This document shows, piece after piece, positions 63,650 through 64,000 of a DNA stretch of 64,000 nucleotides. Made by a program: the position numbers and the translations under genes. How positions within the stretch are numbered: position 1 is the stretch's first letter; every line of letters starts with the position of its first letter. The notes under the pieces were generated by a model. That model worked only from the letters and a program-made list of their open reading frames with translations. It did no database searches and was not told the origin of the DNA. Source of the stretch: Polymyxa betae A26-41 (lineage: Eukaryota; Protista; Endomyxa: Phytomyxea); contig RBZT01000312.1 of NCBI GenBank assembly GCA_003693705.1, positions 124,001 to 188,000 of the forward strand. The letters are read 5' to 3'.

Positions 63650-64000
63650 ATGGGTAGAAATGAGTTCGCCATCCAGAAGGAGCGGGAACGAGATAACATG
63701 GTCGCTAAATACAAAAGGATCGAAGATGCGAATTTAAAATTGATGAATCGTATCCAATGGGAGCACTCGACTCAAGATGTCATTCAAAAGAGCAATATCA
63801 CCCGAATTGCTCAACGACTGGAGACACAGCGTGAAGAAAGGCTTGAGAAGCGCCGTATGCGGTTAACAGAGTTGCTGGCGGCCGACGATGCCCAACTGAA
63901 AAAGGAGCTCAACGCGTTAACCGAAACTCCACAGGAACGAAGAGCCCGACTTCAGGAGAAGGCAGCTCAGCTAAAGCATGACAAGGAACAAAAGAGGCTC
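63650..64000 (+). CDS. CFAP53: Cilia- and flagella-associated protein 53 (CCDC11)-like, 3' truncated by window
   Basis: Open frame to the window end: MGRNEFAIQKERERD..RIQWEHST..LEKRRMRLTELLAADDAQLKKELNALTETPQERRARLQEKAAQLKHDKEQKR. This matches the CFAP53 L..RR.KL..LL..E......ET..ER...M pattern. Confidence 0.8.
   Translation, partial: MGRNEFAIQKERERDNMVAKYKRIEDANLKLMNRIQWEHSTQDVIQKSNITRIAQRLETQREERLEKRRMRLTELLAADDAQLKKELNALTETPQERRARLQEKAAQLKHDKEQKRL

Overview
Gene-dense, compact eukaryotic DNA with many short (~45-55 nt) GT-AG introns and very short intergenic gaps. It carries flagellar genes (EFHC/RIB72-like, CFAP53) together with chitin-related genes (CE4 deacetylase, CBM18-like protein). 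That combination fits a zoosporic protist such as a plasmodiophorid (inference, not verified). Genes read by manual splicing: UBE3C-like HECT ligase (5' truncated), multi-EF-hand protein, SPC25, DCTN5, RNASEK/V-ATPase subunit f-like, Asterix/WDR83OS, DHODH, chitin deacetylase, ICE1-like, MNAT1, type I DnaJ, EFHC-like, Ice2/SERINC-like, a GPI-type CBM18-like protein, a ~3600-aa mucin-like type I membrane protein, RICTOR, Hsp70, a PB1-TM-TPR protein, a GH31 glucosidase, VPS13, HspBP1/Fes1, one tRNA-Met and CFAP53 (3' truncated). The best candidates for novelty are (1) the giant surface protein with ten copies of an unrecognised Cys-rich domain, head-to-head with the chitin-binding gene across a promoter that holds a perfect inverted repeat, and (2) an initiator-type tRNA-Met with C1:G72 instead of A1:U72. 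All family calls come from motif recognition by eye; no database search was run.
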